Assembly (NCBI GenBank): GCA_903884815.1
Contig: CAISGE010000021.1
Span: 448-64,447 of the forward strand
Direction of reading: 5' to 3'
Origin: Candidatus Omnitrophota bacterium
GTDB lineage: Bacteria; Omnitrophota; Omnitrophia; Omnitrophales; Aquincolibacteriaceae
Length of the DNA: 64,000 nt
Shown: positions 41,901 through 53,900 of the stretch, in pieces
Numbering within the stretch: the stretch's first letter is position 1
How the letters are laid out: every line of letters begins with the position of its first letter
The notes under the pieces: model-generated
The model's database searches: none
Seen by the model: the letters and a program-made list of their open reading frames with translations, nothing else
What the model was told of the DNA's origin: nothing
Made by a program: the position numbers and the translations under genes

Positions 41901-44900
41901 CGAGACTCCCCAGCCGATAACAAAAGCCTCTACGCCGGCTCTATTCAAAGTGACCATGCGCATCGAATTTTTCGAATCGGCTTCAGTGGCATGAGGGATC
42001 AGCTTTTCAAGGATATTTTTAAAAGCCGTGGCGCCTGACGCCGTCGAAAGATCCATCCGGGCTCCCTCCAGAACAGCCTTTTTAATGAAGGCGAATGTGG
42101 CCTTCAGACTGCCCCAGCTTCCGTTCTCCGAAACCGCCTGACCGCCGAGATGCTGGATGGTCAGACTTTCGGTGAGGATCCTTCCGTCCTTCTTCAGAAT
42201 GCTCAGGAAAAGAGAACGTTCAGCGGTGAAGAAGCTTGCATCGAGCACTCCGTAGCGCCGCAGCGATTCCGCCGCGAGGATCTCCATGCCCGATACCGTG
42301 AGAAGGTCCAGGGTACGGGCCTTGGCACGCAGAGCCTCCAATTTCGAGCCCTCGAGTCCTATCAGATGCGCCGTCCCGTTCCGGTCAAAGATCCAGTTGT
42401 CGGTCTGCTTGATCCTGACGGTGTTGATGGATTTGACGCCCCAGCCAATCAGCCTGGCCCCGGAATAGTCCGAGGCGACAAATCCGGTTCGCGCCATTTT
42501 CAGGAGAGCAGCCCAGGAGGGGCCAAAAATCTTGTTCCCGGCGATGTCTATCATGTAGACCTGCCCGGTCTTCACATCGCGGTAGATCGTCGATCCGTTC
42601 TGGAAGATCTTCTCGGTGTTCAGTTTCCAAGTGTAAGTGTCGGTCAGCGAGTATTCGGCGGCACCGTGGCCGTCCAAGATCGATTTGGTGAGCAACAGGT
42701 TATCACCGCGAGCACTAATGACGCGGCCGGCGCTGTTACGGAGCAAGGTCAATGAACCCGAAGACCGGAGTGTCATGTGATTGCGATCGTCCCTGTATTC
42801 TTGCTGCAGCCGGGCATACCGCGACAAGAGCCCCGTGGACGGATCCCGCTGGGAGAAGGTTGTCGTCATGGACTCATAGCCTCTCCGGGAAAAGATCTCC
42901 GTCAGTGCCGTGCCTCCGGAGGAAAGACCGGCCATGCTCGCGCTGAAGCTGAGGTCGCCCGACTGATTATAAAACCCGACCGTCGTCGCCGTGGTGACCG
43001 TGTCACCGGTCCGTGTGCTCGAGGCCGCAGCGGGGGTTTTGGATCCGCCCGTGATGGTCGAACCCGCCTGGCCCGTGCCGTGCTTGTCGATCGGCTTTTT
43101 GTCCTCATTCACTTTTTGCGAGGCCTTCATCATCGGGACGAAAACATCGTTTCGTAATTGATGGTTCCGGTCCTGCGTCAGATAAAAATCATAATAACGG
43201 TAAGTAAGATATTTTGTGACCAGCCCCGAATCGCTCTGATACGTGTCTAAAATTCTAGCGCATTCTGCTTTGAAGGCATTTGCGGCATCTTTTTCTGCTT
43301 TTTGCATCGCATTCCACGCCGTTTTATCGCTCCCAAAACCTCCGGCCGCGGCATACGCGATATGATAGACCTGTTCCGCCACCTGATACGCGGATTGATA
43401 TGTCGCCTGGGCCGCAAGCCCGTAAAAATTGGCACGTAGCATCAAAAGATTGTTATCGAGACCGCTGACCAGGTAATAGTCCTTGGCGTCTGTCAAAGCG
43501 GTCGTGAGTTCACTGGTGCGGGTGGTGGCCAAACCGACCAAAGTGCTGAGGATCGCCCCTGCATCGGAGGTGAGATGCTTAAGCGCAGCCTCAACGTTGG
43601 CAGCCCAGGTGTTATCCTTCGATGTGATGTCTGTTTGACCACCATTTGTCCTGTCTCTCCCATGAGGGCCATCAATATAAAAACATCCCATATCGCTGCC
43701 ACTCCCATAAATGGGTTGGAACAGATCTCCTGCCTGGCCGCCCCAACCGGAATAACCGGCCAGAGAACCGTAGAGATTGATCGCATTGTTCAACGCGGCG
43801 GCCTTTCTGAGAAGGATGGCCGTCTTGAACCCCTGGGCGGCAATATCCGCGGAACAACCATCCTCTGTCGTCTTACACAAAGCGTCATTCACGGCGTCGA
43901 GGGCACCGAAGTAAGCCGAGCGTACCGATTCGACCCTCCCCATAATATCGTCGACATTCGCGACCCAAACGCCTCTGGCGGCATCTCTCACTGTCTTCTG
44001 GGTGCGATCGCCGACCCACTCATTCGACTCCATTGCCACCTTAAGGGCGATCACTATCCCGCTGTTGACCCGGAGAGCGCTGTCCGCTTTCACAAGATCC
44101 AGAAACTTCCCGCGGATGCCTGCATAGTCGGCTGTCAGTGTCTCCAGATACCCCCCGGTTCCCGTGACCAGAGCAGCCCCATCCGTGATCGATTTAGAAT
44201 TGTCTCCATAGTATGCGGTGGGAGAATTCGCTTTATAGAGAGTGGAATCGAGCAAGGGATACTGCTGTAAAACCGTTTCCGTAAAACGCGTGACACGCTC
44301 CACAGCATACCCGGTCACCATATCTTCCAGGCCGTTCGCGGAACCGACGATCTGGAGCGTCACCCCGTCACTTGTCCGGACAAATCCCCCTTGGCTGAAT
44401 GCCCGCGTGAGTGAATCGCCATCGACGGATGCGTCCTGCAATGCGTCCGTGACTGATCCCTGATAGTTCTGTTGGGCAGCACGCAAGGAGGTTTGATAAG
44501 ATGCGGCGTCACCGCCAAGAGAGTTCAGATTGGTCGCAAGATCCGTGGTATTTCCTTCTCGGATGCTTGTAATCGTGTCTTTCGCAAGATCCTCCTCGTG
44601 AGTATCCTTGTCTATGCTTCCTTCGGCCTCACCACTCCCTTTAAATAACGCCTTAGTCTGATCCACAACCGTCTTCATATAGCCGATGGTGGCGCTGTAT
44701 AAACCGGCGGCGGCTGTTGAAGTCGTGTTAATGCGGCTAAGTGCTTTATCAATGAAATCGGTCGCTCCATCAACAACTGTGGAGTCCCATTTGAGATTCC
44801 CGGACTGATCAAACTCCGGCGGGATGGGCAGCCGGATATTGACGTCATTCATCGTAAAGAAAAGGGCGTCCCGGGACGCGTAGCGGAAAAGGCCGCAATC

Positions 44901-47900
44901 CCCGGTCAAGTTGTTGTTAAATGGCGCATAAGCGTCGTTAAGATCCGAAGTTAATTGATCAACATTAGTCTGGATCCACTGGTTGAATTTCTGGGTGGCA
45001 TCCTTGTACGCAGCGTTCAGCGCCGTGAGGGCAGCTGACGGATCGCTCGCGACATCACGCTTATAATCCGCGGCAGCTTTTTTGATGGCCCCGATAAACT
45101 CGTTTTTCTTTCCGGTAATACCCGTTTTGAAAGTGTCAGTTGCTGTCGTGACATCCCCCAAAGACGGGTCGCCGTCGGGAGCCCCGGCCAATTCGCTTTC
45201 ATAAGTGCGGGCAATCTGGGCGGCGAGATCAAAATACGAATCGGGGACCTGTCCCATCCGTGATCCCATGCGGTTCTTCAGGAAATCACTAACATTTGCC
45301 GCTGTGATATTATGGGTCGTGACATCGACGATCGTCTCAAAGAGGATATCGCGCATCGTGTAAATGCCGGTTCTGCTTGTTGACGCGGGGGGCTGAATAA
45401 TCATACTTGCCGTAAGTTGCCCTGCCTGCGCGGCATTGGCTTGCGCAGTTGCCGCCGTGGGATCAGTCGTCGCATAAACCCTGCTACTCATGAGCGCCCT
45501 CATGCCGGGAAGGCTTTCGTTAAGTTGGCGCAAGTCCGCAAGAGGCAGCGTGCTGTTGGCTACGTTCCAGTAGGAATTTTGATTGGCTGGCACTTCGGTA
45601 TTTGTCTTGTCGTAACAATTCGGACCATTATTCCCGGTGCATGCGGGAAGACCCTGGGTGTTATCCAGTGTGTTCGTCAGAGCTCCGAGGGCTGCGCCGT
45701 TGTATTCGAGACTGACCGGAAGGCCATTGCCGTCCAGGACGACCGCAAAAGCGGGCGGTTGTCTCGCCCCAGCGAGTGCCGCCGGGGGCATGCGCTCGAT
45801 CCCGACCACCCTTGTACCGTTGGCGCGTTCGACAAAGAGAAGCTTGATGCGTTCGGCTTTGGCTTCGTCAAACTCCGAACCGATAAAGAACTGTTGTTTT
45901 TCGAAGGTTTGGGGATCGTTATAGTCGCCGAACGTGGTCACGATCTTATCCCGGAGCAAGCCCGCGGTCGGAGCCCAGGTATCTCCGAGAAAATTCGCCT
46001 GGTAGTTTATGGTCTCGGTTGATTGGGTAACATTCCCCAGCGCGTTACGCGCATCAATGGTGATCTGCCGGTCATAAAGCTCCATCGGCGAGGACACAAG
46101 GATCTTGGACCCGAGAAAGGACGACAAGTTCACCTTCTTGACGCGCTGGCTGATGACCTCTCCATATTGGCTGTAAAAGCTGCCGGTGCGATCTTCAAAA
46201 TACCCATCCCCCGTGCTCTTATGGTAAAGCGTGCGCTGCTCGCTCACGACGGGAGTTCCTGATTCGAACGATTCGTCACCCATCGCCAGGCGGTAGGTGA
46301 AAAAGCTGTTGGAAGTGAAGTCCGCACCGCTGGCGTCTGTCCCCGTACGCGAGAGTGCCATCAAAGTCCCGTAGCCGTTCTGCGCGAGATGTTTTTGGAC
46401 AAATTCATTGTCGAAGAGATCCCAAGAGACCATCGATTTGATGGCGTGGGTCTTATCATTGGGATCGGGCTCATACGCAACGTTATAGCCCGGGATCGTG
46501 ATATTCGACGTGTCCTGACTTGGCGTCAGGAAATAGCGGGTAATTTCCTCGACTCCCGCAGCCCCTGACGGAGTATAAGTTTCGACGGTCTTTTCGATAA
46601 ACCCGTGAGCATCCGTGGTGTAAACGTACTCGCGTTGGCCGACAGAGGCATTCCTGCTGTCGTCGTCTCTTGTCCCACCGCGGAAGAGCGTAACCCGGTT
46701 GTACTCGTCGTACTCTTCATAAGTCGCGTAATAGCCGTCATTAACGGTCGTGTACGTACAGGTCGACCCGGAACATTTCAAATCGGTGTTTTTCTGCATC
46801 TCAGTCCCCGAATTAGTCGGGTCATCAACGGTATAAACCGTGTTGTCGGCTGCCACTAATGTTTTCGGAGACGATGTATATCCTTCCGACTGGGTGCGCG
46901 TCCGTCCCGTAAGTTTTCCGTCAGTATAATCATTGTCATAAAGGGAGAAAACACCTTCGAAATCAGTCTCCGCGCGGATCGTGTTAAAATAAGGGTCGAA
47001 CCAGACTTCTCGCGTGTCCGAGAGCCCCTGGTTCTCGCGCGATTCGCTGACCTCCGTGTAGTGAACAAGACGGCCCCGCCCGTCCAGAGAATCAGCGTCA
47101 TACTCATAGCGGAAGGCGTTACCGCGCGCGTCGACATACCGCGTTTTGAATCCCGTCTTCACATCCAGAAAGAGCTGGGTGGTGAATTCCTTGCTGTCAA
47201 TCACCTGGGTATCGCTGTAGCCATTGACCAGGAAGGAGCCGTATTCAAAGGAGTTCGTCCGCGTAAAAACATTCCCCCAAACATCCAGGTACCCGGTGAC
47301 ATTGCCAAAACGGTCGAAATAGAAGGTTCTCGGGAGATTCGCCTGGGGTTTTCCGGGAGCCCCGGGCGTTTGGTCCAAAGTCTGCTCGGATTTCAGGAAA
47401 CCGCCTTCGAATAATTGAGTGATCGTGGATAAATTTCCGAAATTATCGATCGTTTGATTTTTGATGCCCACGGAATTAAACTTGGTGATGGTAATGTTCT
47501 CATTAACAGTAGATTCTTCGCTGGACACGACAGACAACTGCTTGACCGTCAGATCGTCCTGGAGACCATTCGCTTTCAGCGTGCGGACGTATTCCGTGTG
47601 GTTCCCGTAGCGGTCCATCGTTTTTGTTTCCATGCCGATCTTGTCATATTGAGTCTCGGTACAACTGACGCTTGCGGAAAGCGTGAAGCAATTCCCGGCC
47701 ATGGGCAAAGCAGCCAACTGCGCCGCAGTCAGGTAGGGCGATAACTTCGAGGTCATCGTCAGATCCATCTCAGTCGTTTTCGTGAGAAGTCCTTTCGAAA
47801 GCACATACTCAAACTTGCTGAGTTGAGTCCTGAGAACTTTCAGCCCGGCTTTGGCCGTTTCGGCATCATCTCCTTTCGTAAAGATTTTGTTTCCCGTGGA

Positions 47901-50900
47901 GGTCGCGGCCGGATTCCAAGCGTCAGCCAAAATGCGTTCCCGGCTCTTGGCATAGCCCTTATCGTCCATCACCTCGTAAACCGCGTCCGTGGTCGTGATC
48001 CCGCTTGTTGCATCAGTCCTCGGAGTCCGTGTCAAGACGGCCGCGGTTCGGCCGCAACCATTGATCGTGTAATTGTAGTAGGTAACGACGGCATAAGAAT
48101 CGGTTTGCTTTGTCATCAGGCCGGTATCGGGATCAAATTCCTGTTTCGTGCCAAGGAACTCCTGTCCGTCGAAATCCCCCGGCGTGTACCACGTGGGACA
48201 ATCTCCGTCAGCGAAACACCGGTCGCGCCAGTCCTTGATCACCATCTCTGTCATTTGCCCGACGTTATTCTTGGTGTAAGTAAAATCGGTTCTATTGCCG
48301 AAGCGGTCCGTGCTTGAAATGACATCACCCACATTGTTAAAAGTCTGGACGGTGGCCTGAAGCTTCGGGGTGTTTGTCAAATTCCAATCCTTCATCAGCT
48401 GATCGGTCGTCGTGATCTTTCTGAGAACACCGTTCGTATCTCTCGTATAAGTGAGATCCGACTGGTCGGTGCCGGTCTTCGGCTCGTACCGGTTCTTGAT
48501 ATGGATCACGTCCCCGTTACTGGCGTAATAGCGCGTCATGTCGTAGGTTGAATCTGGCGGGTTTGGCCTGGAAGCGGCGGGAATAAAAGACTCCCACGCA
48601 GCGGCGCTCATAACGGCGGTTTTCACAAGGGCTGAATAATCCCTTCCAAAGCCCCCGCGCGTCTCCGTCATGCTTTCGAGATTGCCGGTGACCGAATCAT
48701 AGGTTGCACTCGCCGTTTGGTAGACCACCGTCGCACGAAGCTGGTCTATCACCATCTGGTTCTGGCCCCAGGCATCCTGGACTGTGAGTTGTTGGACGCT
48801 ACCATAATTGGTAACAGCGGGAGTATCCGAAATGACACGCACGGTTGTCGCAGTCGGCGGATTGTCAAGCGCCGGGGTGAAGGCTCCCGATTGGCCCGGT
48901 TTGAACATGAATGACACGGTTTGCGTGATCCGCCCCAAAGCATCCCTGGGGCGGATAAAGACCTGGTCGCCAAAATCGGATTTGATCACAGACAGCTCTC
49001 CACGGTCGCTGTAGTAATAATATTCCAAGCGCTGGCCGCCCCCCGTAACGCCCAGGTCTGCTGGGGGGTGCATCACTTTATCGATCAGATCCTGGTAGGC
49101 CCCCATCACTTTTTTCTGCATATATTGAGTAACGGTGCCGTCAGAGCCGGTCGTTTTGTCAATATCGCAATAGGGTCCCGTCGGGGGGGTAACGTACGTG
49201 TAGGTCGTCTTGAGACCCGTCGGAGCGGTGATAGTGTTGATCCGGCCTTTCCTTTGTCCGGTGGTGTAGAACTGCGTCACGGTCCCGTTCCCGTCTGTGA
49301 CCGTGTCGACGGTTTTGCGCCCATCATAAGGATCCGTGGCATAGGTGTAGGTCTGGACATTGAAAACGCGGCCGATGACGGGAACATCCACGGTGCCACC
49401 TTGATCGAATTTATTGATCTTGGAAGTCGTGGTCTGCAGAAGTTCCTCGCCACGGTTGCCGGTATAGACATTGTTGGTCACGAGGGTATCCGTAGCGGTA
49501 TCAACTTTTTCCATGGCGTGCGACGTCGTATTGTAGGTGTATTTACTTTGCGATACTTTGCGCGGTGTGATATTAACCGGAGAACCCGTGGGATTCGTTC
49601 GCTCGTAAACATCGCTTACCGAGATTCTGTCCCCGACCATGGTCTGATCGATCCACTGGAGGTAACTGTAATCGGACGAGTACTGATCGTTTTGATAGCG
49701 CTGGATCAGGTACTCATGGTTGCCAGGCGTGCTGTTCTCGGCTCCTGTGAGTTGACGGGCATAGGTGGTCCGTACCGAATCCGTCGCGAAGCCACTGGTG
49801 AGATCCCCCTGGATCCGGACCCAGTTCCCTTGCTGCGAAATCCCGTTCACATCATACGCGGTGCCGACCTCTTGAATAAGTTTGGAGTAGCGGTTATACG
49901 TGGTATTGGGAGTGAACAGCATATCCCCATAATCAGTGATCCGGTAAGTGAACACCGTGGTGCCTCCCAACAAAGGATCAGTTTCCTTCCGTGTGAGTTG
50001 GCGTGTCAGCTGCGTCGAATTTTGCTTTGCGAAAGCGCCGGTCAGGGAGGTAGCCATAGCCGTCCAGTTACCCGGGATTCCGCCGTAGGTCGCGCCCTTC
50101 TGGAGGATTTGCTTTGAATATTCCAAATCCTTGTCGGTTACGACCCCAGTGAAGGACGAGTTGTAGTTGCCGATCGAGTAGGTCACGGGACGCAGGGCAT
50201 TGTCCGCGAGAGTATTTTCAACGATCGTGATCTGCCGACTGTAACGGGATTTGTAGGCCTGATCTCCGAAGGTGGAACTAAGATCGGATGACACTCTCAT
50301 CCATTTCTTCGTGCCTTGATTCACGCCGGCGTTTGAGAAGTCCGCGTCTTCCGTCTGCTTCGTGTAAGTAAGCCCCGTCTTGTCGGCCGCAGCGCCGCAG
50401 TTTTCGTCCGCATAGTTCCCCACGACGTATGTCACGCCCGAAACCGTGATCTGCCGCATGAAATTCGAATCTGCGGTGATTCCAAATGTCGCGCTGAGGT
50501 CCGTCGAAACTTTCATCCAGGTTTCGTTCGTGGTCGTCACCCCGACATTCGAGTAAGTCGAGTCTTTCACCTGTTTCGTGTAAGTAAGACCCGTGGTATC
50601 GGCCGCGGCATTAAACGCAGCGTTGTAATTCCCGACCACATAAGTTACGATCCCGACCGTCACCTGACGCATGTACTCCATGCTTGTCCCGGTCTTAAAA
50701 CTACTCGTAAGACCCGTCGTCACTTTCATCCAGGTCTCGTTCGTGGTCGTGACCCCGACATTCGAATAAGTCGAGTCTTTCTCCTGGATCGTGTACTCGA
50801 TCTTCTTCCCCGAGACGGGAACGCTGTCGCTAAAGGCGCTTGTGTAATTACTGATCACATAAGTGAAGTTCCCGACCGTCACCTGACGCATGTACTCCAT

Positions 50901-53900
50901 GCTCGTCCCGGCCTGGAAACTGCTTGTAAGACCCGTCGTCACTTTCATCCAGGTCTCGTTCGTGGTCGTGACCCCGACATTGGAATAAGTCGAGTCTTTC
51001 TCCTGGATCGTGTACTCGATCTTCTTCCCCGAGACGGGAACACTGTCGCTAAAGGCGCTTGTGTAATTACTGATCACATAAGTGAAGTTCCCGACCGTCA
51101 CCTGACGCATGTAATCCGATTGATTCATAACGTGTTCAAAAGACGCGCTAAGGCCCGTCGACAACCTGATCCACCCATCGCCACCCGCTATGCCGGGCAC
51201 GCTAAAAGCAGTGTCTTTAACTTGTTCCATATATTGTTCAGAACCGGGGATATCGAGCCCCTCAGGACTAACATTCCGTGATTTTGTACGAATCCAGGAA
51301 CCATCACCGTAAACATCCAGCTGAAATGTGTGGGCGGTCATAGTGGCAAAATCGTTTCCCGAGAATTCCATGATCTCGGTAGCTCCCTGGCGCGTCGGAG
51401 GGACAATATTTACACCCAATCCTTGAGCGTCATCATAGCTCGTTTGCTTAAACCACGTATCGTCCCGGTTGTGGTCCACATTGGATGTCTTCAACGTATA
51501 CCCGGTCGGCATCGGAACGCTCACGGGCAATTCCAAATCGGGCGTGTTGGCCTTTGAATAAATATTGTAAAGACCGCTCTTCATATCCCCTCCATAGTTA
51601 TGCACATAGGAGACATGATCCATGTTGGCATCCGCAATCTGAAAGGAATGGCTCTTGGGATCACCCAACTTCGAGATATCGTAAGTCCCCGTGGCAGCAA
51701 AAGAGTTGCCCGATCCGGGGGTATAACTTCCGTACGTCTGGGTCTCCGATCCCTCAGAGGCGAGAACAATGGTGGAATCTTCCGGTAAAACAACGTCCCC
51801 CTCATTCGCACGCGCGGTCTGGACAGTGTAGGTGTCATCGGCACATGCCGCAGCATTGGAGGAGGTGCATTCCGTAAAATCATGGCCGAAGTCGTGCGTC
51901 ACAGACTGCTTGGCCGCCACCTGCACCTGGCGGAAAGCGCGGGCCTCAACCCACGCCATGGTCCCCGGATCAGCCGGATCATCGCGATAGACGTACTGGG
52001 TCGTGTAATCGTAATCGTTTGTCGTAGCCCCCACTCCATCAATTTTATAATGAGATTCATCGTAGGAAACCGCGAGGCTGTCGAGAAGATCCGCCCCCCC
52101 CGTCGTATCCTGCCTGTAATAGGTGACGGTATGCATTCTCTTCTCATTGCCGGCACCTTGTTCAAAGGCCGAGATCGCGGTCGTACGCCAGCATGGCGCG
52201 GCCGAACTGCAAACCGTACTATTATGACTCGCATTACGGGTCCCAGAGGTGACCACGTCACGGGTCACCGTACGAGCAAGACCGATATAAGAGCCCGAGT
52301 CTCCTGAGTCGAACTCGAGCGTTCCGGAAACGCCCCGGGGATAAACCACTCCGTCTTTGCGCACATAGTTTCCGGCAACAACCTTGTAGTCGTATTCCGT
52401 CTTCGACGCGAGACTCGAAACCGTCGCTCCAGACGAGGGCTTCGCGTAGTTCTCCACATAATCGACAAGCCCCCCGCCATAAACATCAGAACGCGGCAAG
52501 AGAGCGGCCGAATAGATCTGAGAAATGATCGCCCGATTCAGCTTCTTAATCTCCTGCAACTGCACCGGCGTAAGAGACGCAGAGTCTGTCGGATAAGCAG
52601 CGCACTGATCGATGAGCGTCTGGATCTCAGCGTTAAATTGCGACCTGTCGATCTGGGTGGCCGCGGTAAGGCTCGAATAAAGATCGCGTCTCGCGTAGAG
52701 ATTGCTCAAAGCCGCCGTGATCTGCTGATCTGTCACGGAATTCAAATCGGCGGGATTGCCAAGCGCTTGCAGAATCATCCCGCTGCTTGTCGTTCCGTCC
52801 TGTAGCGCGCTCAGAAGTCTGGCACGATCAAATGAATTGACCGTCAAAAACCGAGTTTTTGTTTGAACCCAAGCTCCATCCGCGGTTGCCGGAACGGGAT
52901 ATTTACTGGGATCCACGAGTTCCGCGGGATCGCTCGGCCTTGAAAATGAGACGGCCGTAATGTTCGATTGTTCAATCGTGTCTACTTTATAATAGGCCGC
53001 AGGCTTGTTCGTGGTATCGGTGCTTTGATAGGTATATGTCGAACGGGATTCCAGTTTTGCCCCATCAAAATCATAGGACCAAACCATTTCCACCCGGCCA
53101 TCAGCGTCGTATTTTGTAACGCTCTGGATCACCTCCGCGCCGTTGGATGCCACCCTGAAAGAGGACGAAGAAACGATTTTCCCGTTAGTATTAATGTTAT
53201 AGGTCTTGGCGACCACATTGCCGTTGGCATCCCGTGTTTCCGCCCTCGTCGCCAGTCCGTCCGCATAATAAGTGGTTTCATTGCCGCGAACTGAATAATC
53301 GAGAGTGGAACTGTCAGAGTCCGCACTGACGTTACAACCTGCCTGACTGGACGAATAACAAAATATTTCGGTAACCCCGTAAATATCGGTGCTGGAAACA
53401 AGCACTTCGGGTCCGGTGCCCCCGATCTGTTGAAAAACAAGAACGCGGCCGCTATTTTCATAGCGGCGAAGTTCGGCATTCCCCGAAGGCACTTCTTTGA
53501 ATTCCGCTCCGAGAACATCGCTCACATTAAGGACCTTTTTGATCTGATGCGTAACGGGATCCTCCTCGTAATTGACGATCACGCCGCTTGAGTAAACGCG
53601 ATTGAATAAACCTCCGCCGAGGGACACCGTGGTATAGCTGGCATTGCTTCCCGCAGCATACGCGCCGACGAGGGTACCGTTCGAATCAACGACACGCTGA
53701 AAATCGCGAAGCACCGTCCCATCCCTAGCCACGATCGAGACCATCACACCGTTCTGGAAGAAGGTGGTAACACCATTCTTGTCGGTCACCGAGGTCACAT
53801 TACCGTCCTGATCCCAGGTCCTCTGCCAACCGGAACGGCCTTCACTGATGAGTCGCGCGTGGCTCATGTCGCCAGGGTGATCCTTATCAAATTCGTAGAC

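Noticed and set aside
50650-51120. Near-identical repeats considered as a CRISPR array
   Set aside because: In-frame 219-bp coding repeats without unique spacers, and no cas genes in the window.
53232-53246. RAETR inside the RHS-like region; also RTEVR at 27303-27317
   Set aside because: They lie within apparently continuous beta or helical sequence rather than linkers, and one or two chance matches are expected in 12.7k aa. Not counted as boundaries.
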